Source: Candidatus Omnitrophota bacterium
GTDB taxonomy: Bacteria > Ratteibacteria > UBA8468 > MWAK01
DNA length: 64,000 bases
Direction: 5' to 3'
Assembly (NCBI GenBank): GCA_043826355.1
Contig: JBDRQI010000011.1
Coordinates: 45,517 to 109,516 of the forward strand
In this document: positions 36,284 to 46,002 of the stretch, piece by piece
Position numbering within the stretch: position 1 is the stretch's first letter
How the letters are laid out: each line of letters starts with the position of its first letter
Program-made: the position numbers and the translations under genes
Notes under the pieces: model-generated
Databases searched by the model: none
The model's input: the letters and a program-made list of their open reading frames with translations, nothing else
Told to the model about the DNA's origin: nothing

Positions 36284-37330
36284 AAAAAAAGGGTTCTGCT
36301 TTCAGGCAACGAAACTGCTGGCGAAGCCGCGGTAAACGCCGGTTGTTGTTTCTATGCCGGTTATCCGATTACTCCCCAGAATCAATTAACCGAGTATATG
36401 GGCCGGCGTCTTCCGGAAGTGGGCGGCACTTTCATCCAGGCCGAGAGTGAGGTGGCGGCTATTAATATGGTCTTCGGGGCCGCGGTAGCCGGGGCCCGGG
36501 CCATGACATCCTCATCCAGCCCCGGCGTTTCCCTTAAACAGGAAGGCATTTCCTACCTGGCCGGCTGTGAATTGCCGGCGGTCATTGTCAATATGAACCG
36601 CGCCGGACCAGGGCTGGGTGATGTAACTCCGAGCCAGTCGGATTATTTTCAATCCACCCGGGGCGGAGGCCACGGCGATTATCGTACGATTACTTTTGGG
36701 CCGCAAAGTCTCCAGGAACTTTACGATTTAACTTATCTGGCTTTTGACCTGGCCGACCAATACCGGAATCCGGTTTTAATTTTAGGAGACGGTATCCTGG
36801 CGCAGATGATGGAACCGGTTACTTTAAAACCGTTTCAGAAAAAATTCCCGGCCAAGCCATGGGCTCTCACCGGATGTTGCGGACGGAAGCCCCACAAAAT
36901 TCTCTCGCTGTTTCTTAAACATGGCGTTTTGGAGGAGCACAACTGGCATCTGGCGAAAAAATACGAAGCGGTTGAAAAGTCCGAACAACGCTGGGAAACC
37001 TTCCGGACTGATGACGCCGAAATAATTATTGTTGCATTCGGCAGCGCCGCCCGCCTTGCCCGGGCTGCGGTTCTGGCCGGTCGGGAAAAAGGAATTTCAG
37101 CCGGACTCTTCCGGCCTGTTTCCTTATGGCCGTTTCCTTACCAACCCTTGCGTCAATTGGCCGGGAAGTCCTGTAAATTTTTAGTGGTGGAAATGAATCT
37201 GGGCCAGATGGTTGAGGATGTGCGCCTGGCCGTAGAAGGCGCCTCCCCGGTCTCTTTTTACGGACGTCCCGGCGGCGGAGTTCCGACACCGGAAGAGATA
37301 CTGGGCTTTGTAAAAAAATTAATAAAATAA
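36275..37330 (+). CDS. 2-oxoacid:ferredoxin oxidoreductase alpha subunit (VorB-like)
   Basis: [35 protein letters not shown] start after AAGGAAG. Confidence 0.92.
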   Translation: MITKKRVLLSGNETAGEAAVNAGCCFYAGYPITPQNQLTEYMGRRLPEVGGTFIQAESEVAAINMVFGAAVAGARAMTSSSSPGVSLKQEGISYLAGCELPAVIVNMNRAGPGLGDVTPSQSDYFQSTRGGGHGDYRTITFGPQSLQELYDLTYLAFDLADQYRNPVLILGDGILAQMMEPVTLKPFQKKFPAKPWALTGCCGRKPHKILSLFLKHGVLEEHNWHLAKKYEAVEKSEQRWETFRTDDAEIIIVAFGSAARLARAAVLAGREKGISAGLFRPVSLWPFPYQPLRQLAGKSCKFLVVEMNLGQMVEDVRLAVEGASPVSFYGRPGGGVPTPEEILGFVKKLIK

Positions 37331-38064
37331 TGGAAAAGATAGTTTTTGAGAGAACGGCGGGATTACAGGAAGCCGAAAATAGTTTTTGCCCCGGCTGCGG
37401 CCATGGAATCCTGATACGGCTGGTAGCGGAGGTGGTGGAAGAGATGGGTTTGCGGGAAAAGACCATCGGCATTGCGCCGGTGGGATGCGCGGTCACCGCT
37501 TATGATTACTGGAATTTTGACGTAACCGAAGCCGCCCACGGAAGACCGCCGGCGGTTGCCACCGGCATCAAAAGAGTTTTGCCGGACCGGTTGGTCTTCA
37601 CCTATCAGGGCGATGGAGACCTTGCGGCTATCGGGACTGCGGAAATTATCCATGCCGCCAACCGCGGCGAGAATATTACCACTATTTTTGTCAACAATGC
37701 GGTTTACGGTATGACGCGCGGACAGATGGCGCCAACTACGATGATTGGCCAGAAGACCACCACAACCCCCTTTGGCCGCGACCCCAAAGTACACGGTTAC
37801 CCGATTAAGGTTTGTGAACTTCTGGCCGTTTTAGACGGGACTACTTATCTGGAACGAGTTGCCTTGATTGATCCCGGTTCAGTTCGCAAGATAAAGGCGG
37901 CGCTAAAAAAAGGGTTTGAGTGTCAATTAGCGTGCCGGGGTTTTTCCCTGATTGAGGTTCTTTCGCCCTGTCCGGTTAACTGGGGTTGTACGCCGGTCCA
38001 GGCGCTTGATTTCATCCGAGAGAAGATGCTCGCGGTTTTTCCGCCCGGAATAATAAAAGGGTAA
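37330..38064 (+). CDS. 2-oxoacid:ferredoxin oxidoreductase beta subunit (TPP-binding)
   Basis: [30 protein letters not shown]. Confidence 0.92.
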   Translation: MEKIVFERTAGLQEAENSFCPGCGHGILIRLVAEVVEEMGLREKTIGIAPVGCAVTAYDYWNFDVTEAAHGRPPAVATGIKRVLPDRLVFTYQGDGDLAAIGTAEIIHAANRGENITTIFVNNAVYGMTRGQMAPTTMIGQKTTTTPFGRDPKVHGYPIKVCELLAVLDGTTYLERVALIDPGSVRKIKAALKKGFECQLACRGFSLIEVLSPCPVNWGCTPVQALDFIREKMLAVFPPGIIKG

Positions 38065-38085
38065 CATAATAGTAGTGCGGAATTT

Positions 38086-38115
38086 TTGACCGGTAATCGC
38101 AAACTATGTTATAAT
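38086..38115 (+). promoter_or_regulatory. sigma70-type promoter of the ferredoxin-por operon
   Basis: TTGACC-N18-TATAAT with extended TG. Confidence 0.6.
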
Positions 38116-38147
38116 AAATAGAGTGTGCTTTACCAAAAGGAGGTAGA

Positions 38148-38333
38148 ATGAAAGTAAAAGTGGACACGGATACTTGTACCGGGTGCGGACTTTGTGTTGA
38201 CAGTTGCCCTGATGTTTTTGCGTTAGAGGGTGAAGTTGCCAGGGTAAAGGTTGACCAGGTTCCGGCCAGCGCCGGGGAATGCGTGCAACAGGCGATTCAA
38301 GACTGCCCCGTTAATGCTATTGCGGAAGGCTGA
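38148..38333 (+). CDS. ferredoxin
   Basis: CTGCGLCVDSCP..CPVNAI; AGGAGG RBS. Confidence 0.93.
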   Translation: MKVKVDTDTCTGCGLCVDSCPDVFALEGEVARVKVDQVPASAGECVQQAIQDCPVNAIAEG

Positions 38334-38338
38334 CGACG

Positions 38339-38881
38339 ATGATTAAAGAGATGCGAATTCACGCCCGGGCAGGGCAGGGCGCCATTACCACCGCCGCTCT
38401 GCTTGGAACCGCTGTTTTTGTAGAAGGACAGTATGCTTACGCTTTTCCCAGTTTTGGAGCCGCGCGTATGGGTGCGCCCATGAACGCTTTTATCCGTATT
38501 TCTGACCGGGTCATCCGGCTCCGCAGCCAGATTTATAATCCGGATTACGTATTAGTGATTGACCCAACGCTTGTGCGGAGTGTAGACATTTTGGCCGGAG
38601 TAAAAGATAATGCGGTAGTAGTAATAAACTCTAAAGAACCGCTTTCTCTTAAACCTAAAGCAGCTGAAGTTAAGATTGTTTACGTGCCGGCTACCGAAAT
38701 TGCCATGCGCCATCTGGGGCGCCCCCTGGGCAATACCGCCCTATTGGGAGCATTTGCCGCCGTTTCGGGAACGGTTAAATTGGAAAGCTTGAAGGAAGTA
38801 ATCAAGCGCCGTTTTTCCGGAGAGATTGCCGAAAAGAACATCGCGGCTCTTACCGAAGGATGGGAGGCGGCATGCGGATAA
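38339..38881 (+). CDS. pyruvate/2-oxoacid:ferredoxin oxidoreductase gamma subunit
   Basis: RIHARAGQGAIT, FPSFGAARMGAP, NTALLGA. Confidence 0.92.
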   Translation: MIKEMRIHARAGQGAITTAALLGTAVFVEGQYAYAFPSFGAARMGAPMNAFIRISDRVIRLRSQIYNPDYVLVIDPTLVRSVDILAGVKDNAVVVINSKEPLSLKPKAAEVKIVYVPATEIAMRHLGRPLGNTALLGAFAAVSGTVKLESLKEVIKRRFSGEIAEKNIAALTEGWEAACG

Positions 38882-39141
38882 AAATAACGGCCGAACCGGG
38901 GAGCGCCCGAAATAACAAAACCGGTTCCTGGCGGGTGGAAAGAAGGCCTAAATTTCTGCAAAAGAATTGCATTGCCTGCCGGTTGTGTATTCTGGTTTGT
39001 CCGGAAGGGATTGTATCCGGAAAAGAGAAGAATGGTTTTAAAACCGATTATCTTTACTGCAAAGGTTGCGGCCTTTGCGCTGCGGTTTGCCCCAAGAAGG
39101 ACATCGAGATGGTTCCCGAAGAAACGGAGAGCGAAAAATGA
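38872..39141 (+). CDS. pyruvate:ferredoxin oxidoreductase delta subunit
   Basis: KTGSWR; two CxxCxxCxxxCP motifs. Confidence 0.9.
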   Translation: MRIKITAEPGSARNNKTGSWRVERRPKFLQKNCIACRLCILVCPEGIVSGKEKNGFKTDYLYCKGCGLCAAVCPKKDIEMVPEETESEK

Positions 39142-40289
39142 AGGATTTTATCGAAGGTTCCGAAGCGGTTGCGCGGGCAGTATGCCTCTGTAAACCCGGA
39201 GTAATTTCGGCGTATCCAATCACACCTCAAACCCACATTGTGGAAGGGCTGGCCCAGATGGTGGCCGACGGTCGTTTAAGAAGCCAGTTTGTCAACGTGG
39301 AAAGCGAACATTCCGCCGCATCGGTTGTTTTGGGCGCGGTGGCCGCCGGAGAACGCGTTTTTACGGCCAGTTCTTCGCAGGGCTTAATCCTGATGAGCGA
39401 GGTTATTTTTAATATTGCAGGAATGCGCATGCCGGTAGTTCTGGCGTGCGTAAACCGGTCATTGTCCGCACCCATTAATATCTGGAATGATTTGCAGGAT
39501 TCAATTGCGTTGAGGGATAGCGGCTGGGTGCAGCTTTACGCGGAGAACAACCAGGAAGCCGCCGACCTTATCTTCCAGGCCTACCGTCTGGCCGAAGACC
39601 CCCGGTCACTTATCCCGGTCATGGTCTGTCTGGACGGGTACGTTCTGAGCCATGGTTTTGAAGTGGTTGATATTCCGGAAGAAGATAAGGTGGCGCAGTT
39701 TTTGCCGCCGTTTAATCCATTGGAAAAACTGGACACGGCCAACCCCAAAAGTTTCGGCCTTCTGGCCGGACCGGACTATTACCTGGAAATCAGACATGAC
39801 TTACACCAGGCGGTTAAGGGCGCTTTAACGCTCATCCCGGAGATTACCGCCGATTTCAAGCGCATTTTCGGCCGCACTTCCGGCGGTCTGGTAGAACCTT
39901 ACCGCTTGGGGGATGCGGAGATGGCGATAGTTTCAGCCGGCTCAGTCTGCGGCACGATTAAAGATACCGTGGATGCTTTAAGAGCGGAGGGGAAGAAAGT
40001 CGGTCTCTTGAGAATTATTACCTACCGGCCATTTCCGGAAGAAGCGATTCTCCAGGTGCTGGCAAAAGTTCCGATGATTGCGGTTCTGGACAAAGCTGTT
40101 TCGCTCGGCGCTACCGGACCAATTTATGCAGATTTGAAAGCTGCGTTCCAGGGGAAACCCGCTAAAAAGATTAGCGGCTACATCGCCGGTCTTGGAGGCA
40201 GGGACATTACGCCGGATACGATTAAAGAAATATTCAAAGAACTTTCCGGATCGGAAGCAAGCAACCAGTTTATCGGTTTAAAATCTTAA
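39138..40289 (+). CDS. porA: pyruvate:ferredoxin oxidoreductase alpha subunit
   Basis: AYPITPQT, VESEHSA, SSQGL, NRSLSAP, GLGGRD. Confidence 0.92.
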   Translation: MKDFIEGSEAVARAVCLCKPGVISAYPITPQTHIVEGLAQMVADGRLRSQFVNVESEHSAASVVLGAVAAGERVFTASSSQGLILMSEVIFNIAGMRMPVVLACVNRSLSAPINIWNDLQDSIALRDSGWVQLYAENNQEAADLIFQAYRLAEDPRSLIPVMVCLDGYVLSHGFEVVDIPEEDKVAQFLPPFNPLEKLDTANPKSFGLLAGPDYYLEIRHDLHQAVKGALTLIPEITADFKRIFGRTSGGLVEPYRLGDAEMAIVSAGSVCGTIKDTVDALRAEGKKVGLLRIITYRPFPEEAILQVLAKVPMIAVLDKAVSLGATGPIYADLKAAFQGKPAKKISGYIAGLGGRDITPDTIKEIFKELSGSEASNQFIGLKS

Positions 40290-40299
40290 ATCCATAAAT

Positions 40300-40385
40300 G
40301 TAGGGGCTTGATTTATCAAGCCCGCCCCGTAGAAGGCAACAGCCGCCTATACGGGGTCCGCGGGTCGGATAAATCCGACCCCTAC
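40300..40385. repeat. GTAG-type REP doublet
   Basis: GTAGGGGCTTGATTTATCAAGCC..GGTCGGATAAATCCGACCCCTAC. Confidence 0.85.
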
Positions 40386-40403
40386 AAAATCAAGGAGAAC
40401 TCT

Positions 40404-41297
40404 ATGCCTGAACATTTTCTTTCCCCCGGTCATACCGCCTGCGCCGGATGCGGTCAGTCTCTGGCGGCACGCCTGGTGATTGATGCGGCCGGACCAAATA
40501 CCATTATTGTTAATAATACCGGATGCCTGGAAGTTTTTTCTACCGCCTACCCGGACACTGCCTGGGAAGTCCCGTTCATCCACTCCCTTTTTGAAAATGC
40601 GGCCGCGGTTGCTTCCGGAGTAGAGGCGGCTTTAAGGCAAAATGGCAAAATATCAGAGGTCAGGGTAATCAGCCAGGCCGGAGACGGCGGTACTGCGGAT
40701 ATCGGGCTTCAAGCGCTTTCCGGAATGTGGGAACGGGGACACGACATCCTTTCCATCTGTTATGATAACGAAGCATACATGAACACCGGAATTCAGCGCA
40801 GCGGCCTTACGCCGACTTATACTTCTACAACGACCAGCCCGGTCGGCAAGAGTTCTACCGGCAACCCGAGACCGAAGAAAAATGTAGTGGAGATTGCCGT
40901 CGCGCACGGGATTCCTTACGTGGCGACCGCTTCAGCCGGATTCCCGGTTGACCTGCAGAAGAAGGTGAAAAAAGCGCTGGCGATTCGGGGACCAAAATTT
41001 CTGCATGTTCACGTTCCCTGCCCATTGGGCTGGCGCCACGAGCCGGAACAGACTTATCAGATAGCCAGATTGGCCGTGGAGACCGGACTTTTTCCCATGA
41101 TTGAATTTGAAAACGGAAAAATCTCCGGACGTTATTTGCTTGCCAAGCCGAAACCGGTGGAAGATTACCTGAAACCGCAGGGACGGTTCCGGCACCTTTT
41201 TAAAACGGGCGGGGAAACGGCTTTAAAGGAAATTCAGGAAATCGCCAACCGTAATATTGAGCGCTACGGCCTTGTCAAAACCGCAGCCGGCGGGTAA
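40404..41297 (+). CDS. porB: pyruvate:ferredoxin oxidoreductase beta subunit
   Basis: GHTACAGCG, TGCLE, GDGGTADIG, YDNEAYMNTGIQ; start MPEH after AAGGAG. Confidence 0.92.
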   Translation: MPEHFLSPGHTACAGCGQSLAARLVIDAAGPNTIIVNNTGCLEVFSTAYPDTAWEVPFIHSLFENAAAVASGVEAALRQNGKISEVRVISQAGDGGTADIGLQALSGMWERGHDILSICYDNEAYMNTGIQRSGLTPTYTSTTTSPVGKSSTGNPRPKKNVVEIAVAHGIPYVATASAGFPVDLQKKVKKALAIRGPKFLHVHVPCPLGWRHEPEQTYQIARLAVETGLFPMIEFENGKISGRYLLAKPKPVEDYLKPQGRFRHLFKTGGETALKEIQEIANRNIERYGLVKTAAGG

Positions 41298-41313
41298 TGA
41301 GAATAACTAATGG

Positions 41314-41388
41314 TGTCATCCTGAGCCGCAGTTGCGAAGGATCTATTTTTTAACAACGAGATTCTTCGGCTGGCGCCTCAGAATGACA
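41314..41388. repeat. TGTCATYCTGAG-family doublet
   Basis: TGTCATCCTGAG..GAAGGATCT..AGATTCTTCG..CTCAGAATGACA. Confidence 0.85.
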
Positions 41389-41395
41389 AAAAATT

Positions 41396-41872
41396 ATGGC
41401 TCTGATAAATTATTCGGCGTGCGAAATTATCAAGGTTGCGATTGATATTGAAAAGAACGGTTACCAGTTTTACACGGAAGCCTCCAAACTCACCCGGAGT
41501 AAATCGGTTGCCGAACTTTTCCGGAGTCTTGCCGGGGAAGAGATTCAGCATCAGATTTTTTTTGAAGGATTGGCAAAACTTATTTCGCAGTGTGAGGTCA
41601 ACGGAACAACCCGGCCGGACGAATACCTGGCTGCAATCGCAGACGCATCCATTATTCAGCAAAAACGGGGGATGAAAGCGATTGCGGAAAAGCGGCTTAC
41701 CGACCAGGAGGCGCTTGATATTGCGGTTCAGGTGGAAAAAAACGCCATTCTTTACTATACGGAACTACTACGTTTTGTAACTGAAAAAGAAAAAGGAATG
41801 GTTGAAGAATTGGTTGCGGAAGAAAAGAAGCACCTCACTAAACTGACTTCAATTGCCAAGAACCTGATCTGA
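41396..41872 (+). CDS. ferritin-like/rubrerythrin family protein
   Basis: AIDIEKNGYQFY, EEIQH, EKNAILYY, EEKKH di-iron motifs. Confidence 0.88.
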   Translation: MALINYSACEIIKVAIDIEKNGYQFYTEASKLTRSKSVAELFRSLAGEEIQHQIFFEGLAKLISQCEVNGTTRPDEYLAAIADASIIQQKRGMKAIAEKRLTDQEALDIAVQVEKNAILYYTELLRFVTEKEKGMVEELVAEEKKHLTKLTSIAKNLI

Positions 41873-43129
41873 AACAACTTTTCCGTTGCAGATTGTATAG
41901 CAAACCCTTCCCTTCATCTTTTCACCCAAAAACGGCGTGTTTTGACTGCGAGATTTAATTTCCGATTCTGTCAGCGTCCACTCTTCCTTCGGGTTGAAAA
42001 TAGTAATATCGGCCCGTAACCCCTTTTTAAGACTGCCCCGGTCATTGAAACGGAAGATTCTGGCCGGATTTGATGTCAGGCAGGCGATTAAAAGCGAAAG
42101 GGGAATGTCGGTGGTTAACCGCAGGAGAAGGGGCAGGGCGGTTTCAAAACCGATGATACCGAAAGCCGCATTTTCAAAATCGGTCTCCTTCTCTTCCCGG
42201 CTGTGCGGTGCATGGTCGGTTACGATGACCTCAATAATACCGTCCCTGATACTATTTTTCAGCGATTTAACGTCATCCTTGGTGCGCAGGGGCGGACTGA
42301 CCTTAGCGTTGGTATTGTATCCTTTCACCGCCTCCTCGCTTAAAATAAGGTGATGAAAAGTAGCCTCGGCCGTTACCGGAATACCCTTCTTCTTTGCCTG
42401 CCGGAGGAGAACGATTGAACCGGCCGACGTAAGGTGGGCGAGATGAAGCCGGCTTTCGGTCAGGGAAGCGAGGGTGATGTCGCGAAAGACCGCTACCTCC
42501 TCTGCCTCTCTGGGGATGCCGGGCAAACCCAGGAGGGTGGATATCTTCCCCTCGTTCATCACCCCATTGCGGGCCAGCGTTGGTTCTTCCGGATGGTCTA
42601 TGAGCGGCCGGTCCACCATCTTGGCGTATTCCAGGCCGCGCCGCAGAACCCGGTTGTCGGCGACGCAGTTTCCGTCGTCCGAAAAAGCCGCCGCGCCGTT
42701 TTCCGCCAGGTCAGCCATTTCCGTCAGTTCTTTTCCTGCCCGATTTTTAGTGATGGCTCCGATCGGAAAGACCGAAACGGGAGTTTCCTTTCCCTTGTTA
42801 AAAACAAACGCGACCAGGGGACCGGTATCCAGGCAGGGCGTGGTGTTGGGCATCGCCATGATTGTGGTATAACCGCCGGCGGCAGCAGCCGCTGCGCCGG
42901 TCTTAATCGTCTCTTCATCCTCCCGTCCCGGTTCCCGCAAGTGGCAGTGGCTGTCAATAAATCCCGGGCAGACAATTTTGCTGGAGGCGTCAATAATACG
43001 CGGCTTGCCCTGCGGTTTTATCGCTTTAGCCATTTTCTCAATCTTACCTTTCACGCAGGCAACGTCCATAACTTCATCAATTCCCTGAGCCGGGTCAATC
43101 ACCCTTCCGTTTTTGATTAATAGGTCCAT
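41849..43129 (-). CDS. pyrC: dihydroorotase
   Basis: PGFIDSHCHLREPG, MPNT, FSDDG, TDHAPH; start MDLLIKNG. Confidence 0.95.
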   Translation of the reverse strand: MDLLIKNGRVIDPAQGIDEVMDVACVKGKIEKMAKAIKPQGKPRIIDASSKIVCPGFIDSHCHLREPGREDEETIKTGAAAAAAGGYTTIMAMPNTTPCLDTGPLVAFVFNKGKETPVSVFPIGAITKNRAGKELTEMADLAENGAAAFSDDGNCVADNRVLRRGLEYAKMVDRPLIDHPEEPTLARNGVMNEGKISTLLGLPGIPREAEEVAVFRDITLASLTESRLHLAHLTSAGSIVLLRQAKKKGIPVTAEATFHHLILSEEAVKGYNTNAKVSPPLRTKDDVKSLKNSIRDGIIEVIVTDHAPHSREEKETDFENAAFGIIGFETALPLLLRLTTDIPLSLLIACLTSNPARIFRFNDRGSLKKGLRADITIFNPKEEWTLTESEIKSRSQNTPFLGEKMKGRVCYTICNGKVVSDQVLGN

Positions 43130-43162
43130 AAATACCTCTCTTTGTTTCTTAATAAAAACTTT

Positions 43163-43340
43163 GAGTGAGGATGTATCTTTTGTTACATTTCGCGAAGGGT
43201 CAGTAACAAAACAAGCAGCACGAAGGCTTGAGTATCCGAGGCTCACCCGAATTCCGGGTGAGAACACGGAGAGGCTCAAGCCGGAGTTGCGTAGTTTTGT
43301 CTGACCCGCAGAGCATGTAGCAAAAGATACATCCGAACGG
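43163..43340 (+). repeat. ~185-bp rod-like hairpin element, copy 3 (abuts tRNA-Arg 3' end)
   Basis: GGATGTATCTTTTGTTACAT/ATGTAGCAAAAGATACATCC; GGAGTTGCGTAG. Confidence 0.85.
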
Positions 43341-43414
43341 CGCGCTTGGAGAGACTCGAACTCTCAGCCTTTAGCTTCGGAGGCTAACGCTCTATCCAAT
43401 TGAGCTACAAGCGC
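43341..43414 (-). tRNA. tRNA-Arg(CCG)
   Basis: GCGCTTG/CAAGCGC acceptor, TTAGC-CT CCG AA-GCTAA, GAGAG-TTCGAGT-CTCTC; no encoded CCA. Confidence 0.95.
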
Positions 43415-43420
43415 AAATTT

Positions 43421-44638
43421 TTACCCGCCTTCGCCGGATTTATCCGCCGAAACTTTAGCATAGGCGGATTGGCCCACCTGGCGCACCTTTACAAAACGGT
43501 TCTTGAGGGCGGATTCCCTCGCAGCAAGACAGGTGTAGACACTTTGAATACCGGCCCAGATAGTTGCGCGCGGTTGCCCCTTGCCTTTTACAAGATTAAA
43601 AAAATCATACGCTAATTTCAGGTCTCCGCCAAAGTGGCTAAGTCCGGAACCAGCCCTGGCGGTATCAGAAAACGGCTTATGGTGCCGGATGTGCCGGATA
43701 GAATTTTCATACCAGTCAAACTCAACGGTGCCGAGATAACCGCTCACCGTTGAACCGCGGGACGCCGCATCCCGTCTGGAAAAAAATACCTGCGTATATA
43801 TTCCGTGAGCGCCGGAAGCAAACTCCACAACCGCGCTGGAAGCATCTTCGTTTGTACCTTTTTCTATTGTTCCACAATCAATACTATAGACGCAGTTATG
43901 GTCTTTTTCGTGCCAGCCCGAATTGTTGCGTTTCCGGTTGACGGGGCTTTCCAGACAGGTATCAGTTTCCCCGCACTTTGAACAGACCAGCCCGGAAGGT
44001 TTCTTGCCTCCGAAAACTTTCTGGAATGTTGCCATGGCGCCAACCCTGGTAATCGGAGAGTCCATAAGGTAACTCATATAGTCAAAATCGTGCGTGGCTT
44101 TCTGCAGGAAAAGCCCTCCGGTTATCTTGTAGTCCCGGTAAAGTTCTTCCCAGTAGACGGTTCCGTAAGGAACATAGTTCCAGGCCATGATATGAACCGG
44201 ATTTCCAACCGCTCCGTTCCTGATAAGGTCCCCTGCAAAAACGCACAAGGGAGAAGTCCTTAAGGGGAAACTCACCACCACCTTGCACTTGGATTTTTCA
44301 AAAGCATCTTCCAGGTCGTTTGCCTGCTTCATGGAAACGGCGACCGGTTTTTCAAGGTAAAGCGGTATATCAAATTTTGCCGCCTTCAGGGCATAGGGTG
44401 TATGAAGGTTGCAGCGCGGTCCGATAGCAAGCGCATCTAACCTTGCCTTGCGGACCATCTCTTCAAGCGTTTCGTAAAAAACTGTTTCTTTGCTATCAGA
44501 TTCAGAAAGTCTTTTACGCACACCCTTTTCGTCAGGGTCCACAACACCCACGACCCGAATACCGGGTTCAACCTCCCGGAAAGGTCCGTAAACCAGACCC
44601 CTGATTCTTTCGCCGAAACCAACAACTCCCAATCTCAT
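43421..44638 (-). CDS. Gfo/Idh/MocA family oxidoreductase
   Basis: GVVGFG, LEKP, GGLFLQKATHDFD, HFGGD. Confidence 0.9.
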   Translation of the reverse strand: MRLGVVGFGERIRGLVYGPFREVEPGIRVVGVVDPDEKGVRKRLSESDSKETVFYETLEEMVRKARLDALAIGPRCNLHTPYALKAAKFDIPLYLEKPVAVSMKQANDLEDAFEKSKCKVVVSFPLRTSPLCVFAGDLIRNGAVGNPVHIMAWNYVPYGTVYWEELYRDYKITGGLFLQKATHDFDYMSYLMDSPITRVGAMATFQKVFGGKKPSGLVCSKCGETDTCLESPVNRKRNNSGWHEKDHNCVYSIDCGTIEKGTNEDASSAVVEFASGAHGIYTQVFFSRRDAASRGSTVSGYLGTVEFDWYENSIRHIRHHKPFSDTARAGSGLSHFGGDLKLAYDFFNLVKGKGQPRATIWAGIQSVYTCLAARESALKNRFVKVRQVGQSAYAKVSADKSGEGG

Positions 44639-44694
44639 TTTTTGTCTCCGGTGTGTCGTTTATTTTTTTTTGTTTCTTTTCGCTATATTATAAA

Positions 44695-45987
44695 CTAAAA
44701 AGGTTCTAATTGGAAGGAAAGCGCTTTTTTGATTAACTGCAGGGAACGCTCGGCCGCGCCGGTTTCGCGGCTGATTGCCCGGTAGGCTTTTGTACCGGAT
44801 TCTTTAGCCCAATCCGGTTCGGAGAGACAGCGTAAAAAGAAGGAGTAGAGACCATTCGCGTCAAGAACCAGCTCCCCGCCGCCGGATTTCTGCAGAATCT
44901 CCGCCTCTTCCTTGAAGTTCCAGGCGTGCGGTCCGAACGCCGCCGGTTTTGAGAACGCCGCCGGTTCCACCAGGTTATGACCGCCGTCGCCAAAAACGGT
45001 CAGGCTGCCGCCGACAAAAGCCGCGCGGCTTGCCGCGTAAGCCTGGTTGAGCCGACCCATAACATTCAGAAGCAAAAAATTTTCGGTGAAGGGCGGCTGC
45101 AGGGAAGAAAATTTTTGGTATTTTAACCCTTTTTTCTGAAAAATAGATTCCAGGTTGCTGCGTTCCAGATGCCGGGGCGCAAAGATTATTCTCAAGCCCG
45201 GAAACCCGGACAATAATCGTCGGGAAACCGCAACGGCCATCTCTTCTTCTTCCGGGTGGATGGAACCAAAAACTATACTGCGTCCGGTCAGCAATAATTC
45301 TCTCCTTGCTTCTTCCGAACTTATCCCTTTTGCCTGTTGGAAGACCACGTCGTATTTAATATTACCGGTTACGGTCACCCGTTCCGGTAAAACACCCAGG
45401 CTCATAATCCAGTCCGCCTCGCGGCGGCTGCGCATGCCGATTGCCTGAAGCTGGGTAAGGACCGGAATTGTTATAAAACCGACTTTCCGGAACCGGCGGT
45501 AGGAATTGGGTGAAAAACGTCCGTTAAGAAGGACCGCCGGGATGTTGCGTTTCGTCAAGGCAAGAAGGAGGTTGGGCCAAAATTCTGTTTCCAGACTGAT
45601 AAAAAGCCTGGGTTTGCAACGGCGTAAAAATGACGGCCAGATGAAAGGCAGGTCAAACGGGAAGTAGGTTATCGGAATTTCCGGAATCAGCCGCTGCGCG
45701 GTCCTGAAACCGGTAATCGTTGTTGTGGTGAGAAAAACAGGAAAAAGGAATTCTTTTTGGAGCAGGTCTATCAGGATGCGGGCGATGGTAACTTCTCCCA
45801 CGGAAAGCGCCTGAATCCAGATGCATTCCGAAGGAATGTCGGGCGGCAGGTTAAACCCGAATCGCCTTAGGATATCGTTTCTTTGACCGCCCCGGCGGCA
45901 ATGGCGCCGGGAAGAGATGAAAGCAAACAACGGAAAGAATAAGACCAGCAGGATATTATAAAGGATGTAACCCGGGAATCTTCGCAT
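44695..45987 (-). CDS. waaA: 3-deoxy-D-manno-octulosonic acid transferase
   Basis: WIQALSVGE, ETEFWPNL, GNIKYD, APRHLER, VGGSL..GGHNLVEPA. Confidence 0.93.
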   Translation of the reverse strand: MRRFPGYILYNILLVLFFPLFAFISSRRHCRRGGQRNDILRRFGFNLPPDIPSECIWIQALSVGEVTIARILIDLLQKEFLFPVFLTTTTITGFRTAQRLIPEIPITYFPFDLPFIWPSFLRRCKPRLFISLETEFWPNLLLALTKRNIPAVLLNGRFSPNSYRRFRKVGFITIPVLTQLQAIGMRSRREADWIMSLGVLPERVTVTGNIKYDVVFQQAKGISSEEARRELLLTGRSIVFGSIHPEEEEMAVAVSRRLLSGFPGLRIIFAPRHLERSNLESIFQKKGLKYQKFSSLQPPFTENFLLLNVMGRLNQAYAASRAAFVGGSLTVFGDGGHNLVEPAAFSKPAAFGPHAWNFKEEAEILQKSGGGELVLDANGLYSFFLRCLSEPDWAKESGTKAYRAISRETGAAERSLQLIKKALSFQLEPF

Positions 45988-46002
45988 TTATGAGACAGAC
46001 CC

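Noticed and set aside
43130..43279. N-terminal extensions in the ORF track for pyrC, dnaX, porB, porA, the VorB-like gene, rpsO and the site-2 protease
   Set aside because: They run through repeats or upstream genes; family homology begins at the downstream starts used here.
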